DNA of 62,222 nucleotides, from the NCBI GenBank assembly GCA_963619835.1, contig CAVEYD010000001.1, forward strand, positions 1-62,222. The letters run 5' to 3'. The translations under genes were made by a program, and so were the position numbers. Origin of the DNA: a bacterium. Lineage in GTDB: Bacteria > Bacillota > Clostridia > Christensenellales > CAG-314. The notes beneath the pieces were generated by a model. It did not search any database. It worked only from the letters and a program-made list of their open reading frames with translations, and had not been told where the DNA came from. Shown one piece after another: positions 35,923 through 45,218 of the stretch. How positions within the stretch are numbered: position 1 is the first letter of the stretch; every line of letters begins with the position of its first letter.

Positions 35923-35964
35923 AAAAACAAGAATATTTGATTTTTTTAATACATAAATAAAAAT

Positions 35965-36678
35965 CTACTTGCTTTGAGTAAGATTGCAAATGTCAGAAAC
36001 GACAACACTTGCCAAAAGCATGCCTGCAACAGGCGGAACGAACGGCATACTGCCCGGCGTTTGCCGTTTTGATGACTCTTCAAGTTGAGTAGGGACAATT
36101 GGTTCTTCCGTAGAATACACCACTTTAAGCGCAGAAATACCGCGTCTTTTAAGTTCGTGACGCATAACCTTGCACAACGGGCAAACGGATGTTTGATAAA
36201 TATCGGCAACCGTAAACAACATTGGGTTAAGTTTGTTGCCGGTACCCATGCAAGAAATTATTTTTGTACCGGTTAAGTTGCAAATTTCCGCAAGCAACAA
36301 CTTGCTTGTAACGGTGTCGATAGCATCAACAACGTAGTCAAAAGAGGCAAAATCAAAGTTGCTTGATGTTGTTGCATCAAACCGCATTTGACAAGGAATA
36401 ACTTTGCAATTTGGGTTTATGTCGACAATGCGACGTGCGGCAACAAGCGTTTTGGGGTTGCCTATTGTAGAGTGCAAAGCATATAGTTGTCTGTTCAAAT
36501 TGCTTTCAGCAATAAAGTCGTCATCGACAATGGTTAATGTGCCGACTCCCGAACGCGCAAGAATTTCGGCCGTGTAACTACCGACACCGCCTAAACCGAA
36601 AACAGCGACATGACTGTTTTTTAGTTTTTGGACAGATTCGCTTCCTATTAACATTTCCGTTCTGCAAAATTGCGACAT
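35965..36678 (-). CDS. tcdA: tRNA threonylcarbamoyladenosine dehydratase (ThiF/MoeB-fold, TcdA/CsdL-like)
   Basis: About 237 aa from the ATG at 36678 (GGAGAA RBS). Motifs: FCRTEMLIG..VAVFGLGGVGSYTAEILARSGVGTLTIVDDDFIAESNLNRQ. Confidence 0.75.
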   Translation of the reverse strand: MSQFCRTEMLIGSESVQKLKNSHVAVFGLGGVGSYTAEILARSGVGTLTIVDDDFIAESNLNRQLYALHSTIGNPKTLVAARRIVDINPNCKVIPCQMRFDATTSSNFDFASFDYVVDAIDTVTSKLLLAEICNLTGTKIISCMGTGNKLNPMLFTVADIYQTSVCPLCKVMRHELKRRGISALKVVYSTEEPIVPTQLEESSKRQTPGSMPFVPPVAGMLLASVVVSDICNLTQSK

Positions 36679-36825
36679 ATTTTCTCCGTTGATATAAAAA
36701 ATTGCTTGCAAGTTTTTTTTTGAGAATTCTTACTTTTATTACACAAATTAACTTAAAAAAAATTACACGTTTTTTCGATCTTTACAAAAGCATTTTACTA
36801 CTTGTTTTGCGACATTGTCAAGAAT

Positions 36826-36867
36826 AAAAAAAACAAAAACACTGCCACTTAAATTAAGCGACAGTGC
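36826..36867 (-). terminator. Intrinsic terminator after the HMA-domain gene
   Basis: Minus-strand read GCACUGUCGC..GUGGCAGUG followed by UUUUUGUUUUUUUU (rc of 36826-36839). Confidence 0.7.
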
Positions 36868-36940
36868 TTTTGTGCGTTTATAAATTTTGGAGAAAAAACT
36901 TATCTTATTAAAAGCAAACTAATGTTTGCACTAAGGTTGA

Positions 36941-37198
36941 CTATTTTTTGAAAATACCAAATAGCCCCTTGTGATTGTACTCTTCGTATGTGATTTCGCC
37001 GACCAAGTAACCATCGGCACAAATTGCTGAACGCAGTTTTGTTTCGTCTATGGGTTTTTCCGACACAATTACAACATTACCTTTTGTGTGAGAAGCATTT
37101 ACTTTTTTTACGTCAAAATTTTTACGAACGATATCGTTCACATGCGTTTCGCACATTCCGCAACGCATTCCGTCTATTTTTGCAACTGTTTTTATCAT
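36941..37198 (-). CDS. Heavy-metal-associated (HMA) domain protein, CopZ-like
   Basis: About 85 aa from the ATG at 37198 (AAGGAGG RBS). Metal-binding loop GMRCGMCETHV. The start lies 11 nt after the stop of the FtsX permease gene. Confidence 0.8.
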   Translation of the reverse strand: MIKTVAKIDGMRCGMCETHVNDIVRKNFDVKKVNASHTKGNVVIVSEKPIDETKLRSAICADGYLVGEITYEEYNHKGLFGIFKK

Positions 37199-37209
37199 TG
37201 CAACCTCCT

Positions 37210-39483
37210 TTATTCGGCACACTTAAGTGCCTCAACCATGTTGATTTTTTTATTTTTTCGCGATACTAACAAACTTACGAATAACGACAGACCTACAGTA
37301 AGTACTATCGTTATAATCAGTGACAAAGCGCTGAGCGCCCAACTCATCTCATACTCACTGGCAAGTGCCAAAATTACCACTTTTACGACTGCCATTCCAA
37401 CAGGAATTCCAACAATAATGCCCAATATCGTTACCCACAAATTTTGACTAACAAGAAGTTTGGCAATTTGCCCATCCTTAAAACCAACTACTTTTAATGT
37501 TGCCATTTCTCTGTAGCGTTCGGCATAACTCATTGTGCCTAAATTGTAGAGCACCACAACGCCCATGATAAGAGCAGCAACTACTAAAACTATAATGCAC
37601 ATCGTAGATAGTTCCATCATGCTATCAAAAGATCCCATGATTTCAGATTTAGTTTGAATCGTCTTTATTTCGGAATTCGTTTCTATTTGGCTTGCTTCCG
37701 TTTGAGTGTAAATTGAGCCTATTGTATACAATATAGAATTTGCATCTGCATAATCCTTACTTACAACTATACTTTCCGAAATAGAGCTGATTATTCCGAC
37801 AATTTTTAATGTATATTTTTCGTCTGTTTGATAAGGACTTATTGTTACAGTAGAACCAACTTTGAGATTAAACTCATCTGCAATTCGCCTGCAGACATAT
37901 GCTCCGCTACCATCAATTGGTACAATATTGTAGTTGTCATCTAAAAAGCGAACCGTATCATTTGTGATGGAATACACATCAAGCGAAACTGATTTTTCAC
38001 CATTTATTTCCACATAAACGCTAGCACTCCAATCTCCGTCGTACTTGTTGGCAATTTCAGTAGCTTTTGATGAAGCAACCCCATCGACCAAATAAATACG
38101 CGAATTATAGTTCATTGCCTTTTCGTAGTAATCTGAAATAAATTTATTGAGAGTATCACTCATTCCAAGACCACCAATGATTAACGTAGTACATCCAACA
38201 ATACCCAAAAAACTCATTGATGTACGTGCAAAATGTCTAAGCACATCTCTTAAATTCCACTTTGTACCGAAACTAAGTTTGCTCCAAAATTTAGTTCGCT
38301 CTAAAAGTAATTTGCGTGCCTTAGGCGGAACATATGGACGCAAAGCATCCGCAGCTGTCCCCTTTAAAATTTGTTTAACAGACATAAAGCCAACAAGCAC
38401 TAGCAACAAATTGATTGCGACAAGAACAAACGGGCAGTATATTGGACAAACATAATTCCATTGAGGTAAATCAAGGTAAGTATACATAGCAGTGCCCGGC
38501 CTAATAAGCAACAACACTATGCCATACCCCAACGCAATACCCAAAATTGTTCCTAACACTCCGACTATAAGGGCATAAAAGGAATAATGAAATAATATCC
38601 GTCTATCTTTAAAACCAAGTGCCTTTAATGTACCGATTTGTGTCTTTTCCTTTGCGGCCAATCGACGCATGGTTGTTACCATGGTAAGAACAGCAATTAA
38701 CAAAAACAATGCAGGTAATATTGTGCCGAGCGTTTTACCTTCTTCGGTTTCACTTTCTGCACCGGCATAAGATACTGATTGCGTTTTATCTGTGACAAGC
38801 GTAGTTTTACCTAATGCAGAGTTTACCGCAGACTGAAAATCGTCCTTGTCCATAACAGACAGAACATGTATCTGCGGATAGAAATCAATTCCCACATAAT
38901 GATTGTAGGTAGCCGGGGAAATATAAGCATAACCATACATTGAGTAATCCGGCATAATTTGAGATTCATCTCGGATACAAATCATGTGTTCGCTAGATTT
39001 GATTAGTCCTTTTACTTGCAAATTTAGTGTATAACTCCCATAAGTTAAAGTTATGCTTTCCCCTATTGCAATATCATTTTTTTCTGCATATGCTTTTGCA
39101 AGCCAAATATCACTTTGGGAAGATTCGTCATAGGCTTCACCTTCAACCACCAAGAAGTTTGAAACATCTTTGTTTTCCGTAACCGAAAGTGCAATTTTCT
39201 TTTCACCATGAGCGACGTCTATAGAAATATATCTACCAGCTTTATCCACACCACTTATTTCCTCGATTTTTTTTACATCGTCCGTCGAAAAGCCTGATTC
39301 ACTAGTTAAACGAAAATCCGCATAATTAGTATCGAACATAAACTTTGATGTGCTGTTCTCAATAGTTTTCCACTCCATGTTAAAACCGAAGAATATGCCG
39401 ACGCCCAACACAATCATTATTATCATTGAGATAAATTGGGCTTTATACTGTCCCATTGTGCGCCATAATTTTTTAAACAACAT
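37210..39483 (-). CDS. ABC transporter permease, MacB/FtsX family (duplicated FtsX domains)
   Basis: About 757 aa from the ATG at 39483. Two 4-TM FtsX-like modules, each preceded by a large extracytoplasmic domain. Adjacent to its ATPase gene. Confidence 0.85.
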   Translation of the reverse strand: MLFKKLWRTMGQYKAQFISMIIMIVLGVGIFFGFNMEWKTIENSTSKFMFDTNYADFRLTSESGFSTDDVKKIEEISGVDKAGRYISIDVAHGEKKIALSVTENKDVSNFLVVEGEAYDESSQSDIWLAKAYAEKNDIAIGESITLTYGSYTLNLQVKGLIKSSEHMICIRDESQIMPDYSMYGYAYISPATYNHYVGIDFYPQIHVLSVMDKDDFQSAVNSALGKTTLVTDKTQSVSYAGAESETEEGKTLGTILPALFLLIAVLTMVTTMRRLAAKEKTQIGTLKALGFKDRRILFHYSFYALIVGVLGTILGIALGYGIVLLLIRPGTAMYTYLDLPQWNYVCPIYCPFVLVAINLLLVLVGFMSVKQILKGTAADALRPYVPPKARKLLLERTKFWSKLSFGTKWNLRDVLRHFARTSMSFLGIVGCTTLIIGGLGMSDTLNKFISDYYEKAMNYNSRIYLVDGVASSKATEIANKYDGDWSASVYVEINGEKSVSLDVYSITNDTVRFLDDNYNIVPIDGSGAYVCRRIADEFNLKVGSTVTISPYQTDEKYTLKIVGIISSISESIVVSKDYADANSILYTIGSIYTQTEASQIETNSEIKTIQTKSEIMGSFDSMMELSTMCIIVLVVAALIMGVVVLYNLGTMSYAERYREMATLKVVGFKDGQIAKLLVSQNLWVTILGIIVGIPVGMAVVKVVILALASEYEMSWALSALSLIITIVLTVGLSLFVSLLVSRKNKKINMVEALKCAE

Positions 39484-39485
39484 AA

Positions 39486-40187
39486 TTACCACTCCACTTC
39501 TTCGGCACTCAATGGATTGTGTTGTTCTTCACAAGATACAACTTGTCCGTTTTTAACGCGAACAACGACGTCTGCCATTTTAGCAATATTTTGATTGTGC
39601 GTCACTATAATTATTGTTTTACCATATTCCTTTGCCATTTTAAGCAATAGCTTAAGCACCATTACCCCGGTTTGAGAATCTAAAGCGCCTGTCGGTTCAT
39701 CGCACAACAATATTTTTGGATTTTTTGCAAGGGCACGAGCAATTGAGACACGCTGTTGTTCACCACCTGATAGCTCTACAGGAAAATTGTTGATATGGTC
39801 GAGCAAACCTACTTCATCAATTATTTTTTCTGCCGACAATGCATTTGGCGCGATCTCCTTTACAAGCTCCACGTTTTCTTTCACTGTAAGAGTTGGAATA
39901 AGATTATAAAACTGAAAAACAAAACCAACTGTTGAAGCTCGATACTCTGCAAGCTGATTGTTTGTTAATGCAGAAATGTCTTTCCCGTCCACTTTAATTG
40001 TGCCTTCTGTAGGGCTATCTAAGCCACCAAGCAAGTTAAGTAAAGTGCTTTTTCCTGCACCGCTTGGTCCCAAAACAACCACAAAGTTACCTTCGTCTAA
40101 ACTTAAATTGACTTTATTTAATGCATACAATGTGTGATCACCCGTGGTATACACTCGAGAAACATTTTTTAATTCTACTAATGCCAT
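39486..40187 (-). CDS. ABC transporter ATP-binding protein (MacB/LolD-like)
   Basis: 233 aa. Walker [10 protein letters not shown], signature [15 protein letters not shown], Walker B ILLCDEPT. Confidence 0.9.
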   Translation of the reverse strand: MALVELKNVSRVYTTGDHTLYALNKVNLSLDEGNFVVVLGPSGAGKSTLLNLLGGLDSPTEGTIKVDGKDISALTNNQLAEYRASTVGFVFQFYNLIPTLTVKENVELVKEIAPNALSAEKIIDEVGLLDHINNFPVELSGGEQQRVSIARALAKNPKILLCDEPTGALDSQTGVMVLKLLLKMAKEYGKTIIIVTHNQNIAKMADVVVRVKNGQVVSCEEQHNPLSAEEVEW

Positions 40188-40507
40188 ACTATCTCCTATC
40201 TTAATTATACAAAAGCCACATGTTGTTAAAATGTGAATTTTTATTCACGTTTCGAGTATACTATATCACGACAAATTTTAAACGTCAACCAAAATATGAA
40301 ACATTTTTCATATTTTTTGTGGTTTGTTTCGCTTTTTCGCTATTTTCTTTTTTTACTTTTGACTTTATTCAATTTTGTTTCTTTGTCTGCGTTGCTTTTA
40401 TGTCTTTAAACTTTAAGTCATACTTAACTTTATATGCAAAAAAATTGTAACAAGACAAAAATTTAAGCAATCAAAATCAATCATTTCTTTTCTTGGGAAT
40501 TTTTAAC

Positions 40508-40538
40508 AAAAAAAAGCAAGCTGAATAAATCAACTTGC
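40508..40538 (-). terminator. Intrinsic terminator downstream of the GH130 operon
   Basis: Minus-strand read GCAAGUUGA-UUUAU-UCAGCUUGC (9 bp, one G.U pair) followed by U8. Confidence 0.75.
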
Positions 40539-40824
40539 ATTAAATATTATTTATGCTCGCTATGTCGCAAATTTTTCAACTGCAAACATTTTGTGGTTAC
40601 CAAAAATCTTTGAAATACCTTCGTCAACATCTAAAACATTATTATGGATCTCCGCCATAGGTATACCCTTTCTCCAATTATTTTCCTTTTCTATCGCTAT
40701 AACAAGGCTGACAAAATTGTCAAATTGTGGGCAGATGGTAAGCATGTTTTTTTTCGAACAACGATAAACACGTTATCAAAAAACGAGACGTCTTACTTGC
40801 ACATATCAATTTTATCCACAAAAG

Positions 40825-41874
40825 TTATTTTGCAGGCTTTAAACAAGATATCAACTCACTGACTGATAATTTTGCATAACATACGTACTGGTCGCAGGCA
40901 CCATAATAGAGGTTTATCTCGTCGCCGTTTACGTTGCAACCACAAGAAAAAATGACATTTGGCATAAAGCCTCTTTTCTCATAGTTCTCTTGTGGCACCA
41001 TGATTGCTTCTTCCGATCGAGCAAGAATTACTGAAGGATCATTCTTATCTAAAAGCACTGCTCCTAATTTATATACATTGTCTATAGTCGCGCCATGATA
41101 AATTTCAAGCCATCCTTGCTCCGTCAAAAACGGAACACAGCTTGCGCCAATACGGGCGGAATCAAAATTATTTTCGCGTAGAGTCATAAACAGTTTATGT
41201 TTTCCCCAGCAAAGCAAATCGGACGAATATGACATCCATATACCTGGCCGCTTAAAATATGCTGATTCCGGACGACTTAAAGCAATATATTCGTCATTTA
41301 TCTTTTTCGGAAATATTACCACGTCTTTATTATCCGGCAAGAAGATAGGACCGTATTTTGTGATGGTTTCAAAATCTTTTGTGGATGCAAGCATTGTACA
41401 AATTCCGTCACCGGACACACCACTGTAGTTTATATAATAGGTATCTTCAATTTTTGTTATTCTTGCGTCTTCCACTCCGTACAATTCAAATTGATTGTCT
41501 CCAATAATAAGTGGTTTTGAATTTACATCAAAATTTACCCCATCCAAAGATGTCGCCAAAGCCAAATAGGACAACGTTGTCAAATAAACTTTCCCATTTT
41601 TTCTTACCAGTCTCACATCAGAAAAATCACACGAAGAATCAGTTTTATCAAAATAAACAATATCAAATTTTCTTTTTATTGGATTGTAGATTGGCACTCC
41701 CACAAAGCCTTCCCGCTCCTTAGCAGAAACCGCAACCCTCACTAATAGGATAACCTTTCCGTTAAATACACAGACTCCTGGGTTTAATACAAGTTGAACT
41801 CTTAAGTTTTCATCGCATGGAACAAAATCACCTGCCGTAAGTATGGGGTTATCTTTATATCTTTTTATTGTCAT
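40825..41874 (-). CDS. GH130-family glycoside phosphorylase/hydrolase (beta-mannoside-type)
   Basis: About 349 aa from the ATG at 41874. Motifs: YKDNPILT..., GVEDARITKIEDTYYINYSGVS, DNKDVVIFPKKINDEYIALSRP, and IYHGA blocks typical of GH130 five-bladed propellers. Confidence 0.8.
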   Translation of the reverse strand: MTIKRYKDNPILTAGDFVPCDENLRVQLVLNPGVCVFNGKVILLVRVAVSAKEREGFVGVPIYNPIKRKFDIVYFDKTDSSCDFSDVRLVRKNGKVYLTTLSYLALATSLDGVNFDVNSKPLIIGDNQFELYGVEDARITKIEDTYYINYSGVSGDGICTMLASTKDFETITKYGPIFLPDNKDVVIFPKKINDEYIALSRPESAYFKRPGIWMSYSSDLLCWGKHKLFMTLRENNFDSARIGASCVPFLTEQGWLEIYHGATIDNVYKLGAVLLDKNDPSVILARSEEAIMVPQENYEKRGFMPNVIFSCGCNVNGDEINLYYGACDQYVCYAKLSVSELISCLKPAK

Positions 41875-41876
41875 TT

Positions 41877-42749
41877 CTAATTTTCCTTTTTGCACTGTTT
41901 ACGATATTCTTTGGGCGACACTTCGCATATTTTTTTGAAAACTTTGCTAAAATGCGAAACATCGTCAAATCCATATTGTTTGGCGATAACTGTTATCGGC
42001 AAGTCTGTTCGTATTAACATAATTTTTGCTTGAGTCATTTTTAATGTCATCATAAATTTAATAGGACTAACACTAAGTTGTTTTTTAAACAGCGTAAACA
42101 AATAACTTTCCGACACACTTATGGCGCTTGCAATTTCTTCAACCGAAAGCAATTTGCTTTCGTTCTCTCTCATATACTCTACTGCTTTATCTAAAATTTT
42201 ATTTCCGTAATTTTCTTTTCTTTGGGACATATCGAGCGGTATATTGGAATCTTTTTGTACAAAAGATCGTAGCGCACAACATAGTAACTCCACAACAAGC
42301 GCCTCCATCATTTGCCAATACCCCAGCTGTCTATTTTTTATTTCACGAAACATCTTTTCAAAAATTTTTTTAAATTCTGCCTTGCCTTTTGTAATTATCT
42401 GTTTAGAAATATCTTTTGTAATATATGCTATTCTTCCATCACTACAATAGAAATTGCACTTTACGTAATAAAATGACACAAAACCACTTTCGGACACTTC
42501 CTCGTGCTGTTGACCGGGCTGCACAAAGTAAACGTCTCCTTTTGATACAGCAAACTCTTCACCGTCAATACGTGTTTTCAATTCGCCCTCAACCATGTAA
42601 ACAAATTCGTATTCTTCGTGGATGTGCGGTCTATAATAGTAACCGGCAGCGCTATTCTGTCGCCCCATATTGTAAAATTTGCTTACAACATCTACCGATT
42701 TGTCTATTAACTTTTCTTGAAAAACTAAATTTTCGGTTTTTTTAGACAT
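41877..42749 (-). CDS. AraC-family transcriptional regulator with an N-terminal cupin sensor domain
   Basis: About 290 aa from the ATG at 42749 (GGGAG RBS; overlaps the upstream stop). Cupin region (HIHEEYEFVYMVEGE) plus a C-terminal double HTH (SVEEIASAISVSESYLFTLFKK...YGFDDVSHFSKVFKK). Confidence 0.85.
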   Translation of the reverse strand: MSKKTENLVFQEKLIDKSVDVVSKFYNMGRQNSAAGYYYRPHIHEEYEFVYMVEGELKTRIDGEEFAVSKGDVYFVQPGQQHEEVSESGFVSFYYVKCNFYCSDGRIAYITKDISKQIITKGKAEFKKIFEKMFREIKNRQLGYWQMMEALVVELLCCALRSFVQKDSNIPLDMSQRKENYGNKILDKAVEYMRENESKLLSVEEIASAISVSESYLFTLFKKQLSVSPIKFMMTLKMTQAKIMLIRTDLPITVIAKQYGFDDVSHFSKVFKKICEVSPKEYRKQCKKEN

Positions 42750-43605
42750 TTGTATCGCTCCCAAATCGTTCGGCTTTTGCCAAGCCTTTTTTGTAATACT
42801 CCGGATAACTTTGCTTATTTATATATTTATCAAAAGACGATTGAGCATTTAATGTTGCCAACAGCAACGAGTACCCAAAGCCTATCATTCCGTTTATGAG
42901 CACGAAAAGGGCCGTGGCTAAAATTGTAGGCAAGAAAAACAATGTCAATGTCAAACATGAAAACAAAAAAATAATTAGATTTTGAGGAAATCTTAAGATT
43001 GTCAAAATCAAAGCATTAAATAATAGACCATGCAATTTTTGGACATAAAAAACATTTAGAAAAAAACAATAAAATGCCCAAATTGTGGCAAATACAACTA
43101 TAACTGCACCAACAATAGTCCAAGCTATACTTTCAGAGAAAAGGTTGCTCGAAATTACAGAGGTTAAAAATAAAGCATAAATACATCCTATTATCAAAGA
43201 GCCAAGCCAATGCTTTTTTATTCCACCCCAAAAATCTGTTGATAAATCTACAATTTCTCTCCAAATGTATTTTTTCATAACTTGAGCGGCACCCGATAAC
43301 CCGACGAAAGACAAGCCGACAAGTGGCACAGAAATCAATCCGCTAACAAAAATTTGCGAACGAATTTGTTCGGCAAGTTGCAACTTCGTTTCATCGTCTG
43401 CCGAAAGATACGAATTATATAGTACATTATTTGCCATGTTTGATACAATCATCCAAGCAACAAAGGGTATCGCAAAAAGCAGCGTTAGTAAACTTACCAA
43501 CGCCACTTGTCTCCAATAAAATCGCATAATGTAGCCAAATTGATCTATTCTGTTTGATGGCAACTTGGCTTCTTTGTTTGAATAATTAAACAAAAATTTA
43601 AACAT
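42742..43605 (-). CDS. YesL-like (DUF624) integral membrane protein
   Basis: About 287 aa with about 6 TM segments and an N-terminal FGYIMRFYWRQVALVSLLTLLF. Sugar-locus context is typical of YesL-family proteins. Confidence 0.65.
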   Translation of the reverse strand: MFKFLFNYSNKEAKLPSNRIDQFGYIMRFYWRQVALVSLLTLLFAIPFVAWMIVSNMANNVLYNSYLSADDETKLQLAEQIRSQIFVSGLISVPLVGLSFVGLSGAAQVMKKYIWREIVDLSTDFWGGIKKHWLGSLIIGCIYALFLTSVISSNLFSESIAWTIVGAVIVVFATIWAFYCFFLNVFYVQKLHGLLFNALILTILRFPQNLIIFLFSCLTLTLFFLPTILATALFVLINGMIGFGYSLLLATLNAQSSFDKYINKQSYPEYYKKGLAKAERFGSDTNV

Positions 43606-43712
43606 GACCAAACGCCTCGTTTAGTTACAATATTTCATACTCTACTGTATAAGTTCTTTAATGTTTTGACAATATCTGTTTCTATATTTTATGCTTCCTT
43701 GCAAAAAATGAA

Positions 43713-45218
43713 TTATTTTTCTGCCTTTTCGTTTTCCTTATTAATCATTTCTTTTTCCTTCTTTTTTTGCTTACGCATTTTAATTTCCGAACGAAAAATA
43801 AAAGTAACTAACAACAGGGAAAGAATACACAAGAAAATTATTGGAAAAGTAAAATAATCCGTTTCCTGATACTCACCGTCATAACTATCTACTCTAAAAA
43901 GTGTAGATCGCACCGGAACCGTTGCTGTCGACGTATTGCCTACACAAAGTTGCGTTGAACCGTTGTTTCCAAAGCTCCAAGTGAGCCCGTTGTCGTCCTC
44001 AACGAAAACGCGCGAATCGCATCCACCGATAAAATTACTAATGACAATGGCTTGCTCGATTGTTTTATCTACCGGAACTGACGACAAAACAACGTCGTCT
44101 GCTCCCTCAGATTTTAATTGTTGAATATCAAGCGCCTTATAAAAAGTAATTTTAGTCGGACTTGCAATAGCTTTTCCACCATTATCTATTCCGCAGTTGT
44201 AGCTACCGTTTGTTCCGAATGCAAATAAGTTTCCGTCTTTCGACAATACGAAATTGCTACTCCCCGCGCAAAAGATTTTTTGTGGTTCACAGGAAACTTC
44301 TGCATCACCGGAATAATACTTTGAAATCAAAATCGGCGTAGAGTAATAATTTTCGGTACATACGGAATTTCCTATTTGAGAATATTGATTGCGTCCCCAG
44401 ACATATACTTTCCCGTCTAATGTTAATGCCATGGCATTACTTCCACATGCAGACACCTGCACGACATTACTCACTAGACATTTTTGAGGAACACTGTCAT
44501 TGGGGTGTTTAGTGTCACTTCCACTTCCAAGTTCACCATAATAGTTGTCACCAAACGCGTAGACGTCACCTTCGTTTGTTAGAACGTATGTGGCATAATC
44601 TGCCGCTGCAATTTGTTTTATGTTTAATCCGCTCACCGCTTTTACTTCCGTAAAAGTAGTTACAACACTCGTTTTTTTATAATCTGACTGTAAGCCTAAT
44701 TGTCCATAGTAGTTGCTTCCGACAGAATACACCTTTCCGCTATCTGTTAGAATAACCGCAAAGGCATTGCCACAAACTATTTGTTTTATATTGAAATTTA
44801 TTTGGACTTTAGTAGGGGTGCTGTAGTGGTTGGTTGCCGAGTCTTCGTTGTAATCTCCGCCTAGGCCAAGTTCACCATATCGGTTTTTACCCCAAGCATA
44901 AAGCGTTCCGTCTTTTTTTAAAGCAAAAGCAAACGAATCTCCACCTACAGCTATTTGATCAACATCATCTAAAACATACTGAGGATTGAAGTGAGATACA
45001 GTTGTCCCGATACCAAGTTGGCCGGAACCGTTTTCGCCCACAGAATATAGTTTGTCGTCTCCGCTTATATATAGCGAAAAAGAACCTATCCCCGCATATG
45101 CCTTTATGGTGTAATCTTGCTCGGCATATGCTTTACTACCTAAAAGAGGACTTAATATGAGTAGTAAAGCAAAGCACACAGCTAATATTTTATTTGTCGA
45201 TTTTTTCAAGATATTCAT
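43713..45218 (-). CDS. Secreted, C-terminally membrane-anchored RCC1-repeat beta-propeller protein
   Basis: 501 aa. Signal peptide (..GSKAYA/EQ). At least 6 RCC1-type repeats (YSVGENGSGQLGIG, YAWGKNRYGELGLG, YSVGSNYYGQLGLQ, YAFGDNYYGELGSG, YVWGRNQYSQIGN, FAFGTNGSYNCG). C-terminal TM segment FTFPIIFLCILSLLLVTFIF plus a K/E-rich tail. The start overlaps the upstream SBP gene by 29 nt. Confidence 0.85.
   Translation of the reverse strand: MNILKKSTNKILAVCFALLLILSPLLGSKAYAEQDYTIKAYAGIGSFSLYISGDDKLYSVGENGSGQLGIGTTVSHFNPQYVLDDVDQIAVGGDSFAFALKKDGTLYAWGKNRYGELGLGGDYNEDSATNHYSTPTKVQINFNIKQIVCGNAFAVILTDSGKVYSVGSNYYGQLGLQSDYKKTSVVTTFTEVKAVSGLNIKQIAAADYATYVLTNEGDVYAFGDNYYGELGSGSDTKHPNDSVPQKCLVSNVVQVSACGSNAMALTLDGKVYVWGRNQYSQIGNSVCTENYYSTPILISKYYSGDAEVSCEPQKIFCAGSSNFVLSKDGNLFAFGTNGSYNCGIDNGGKAIASPTKITFYKALDIQQLKSEGADDVVLSSVPVDKTIEQAIVISNFIGGCDSRVFVEDDNGLTWSFGNNGSTQLCVGNTSTATVPVRSTLFRVDSYDGEYQETDYFTFPIIFLCILSLLLVTFIFRSEIKMRKQKKKEKEMINKENEKAEK

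Noticed and set aside
40560-40745. 61-aa minus-strand ORF between the GH130 gene and the terminator
   Set aside because: It has no RBS before either candidate ATG and no recognisable motif. It may be 3' UTR of the GH130 operon, and it is not supported well enough to call as a gene.
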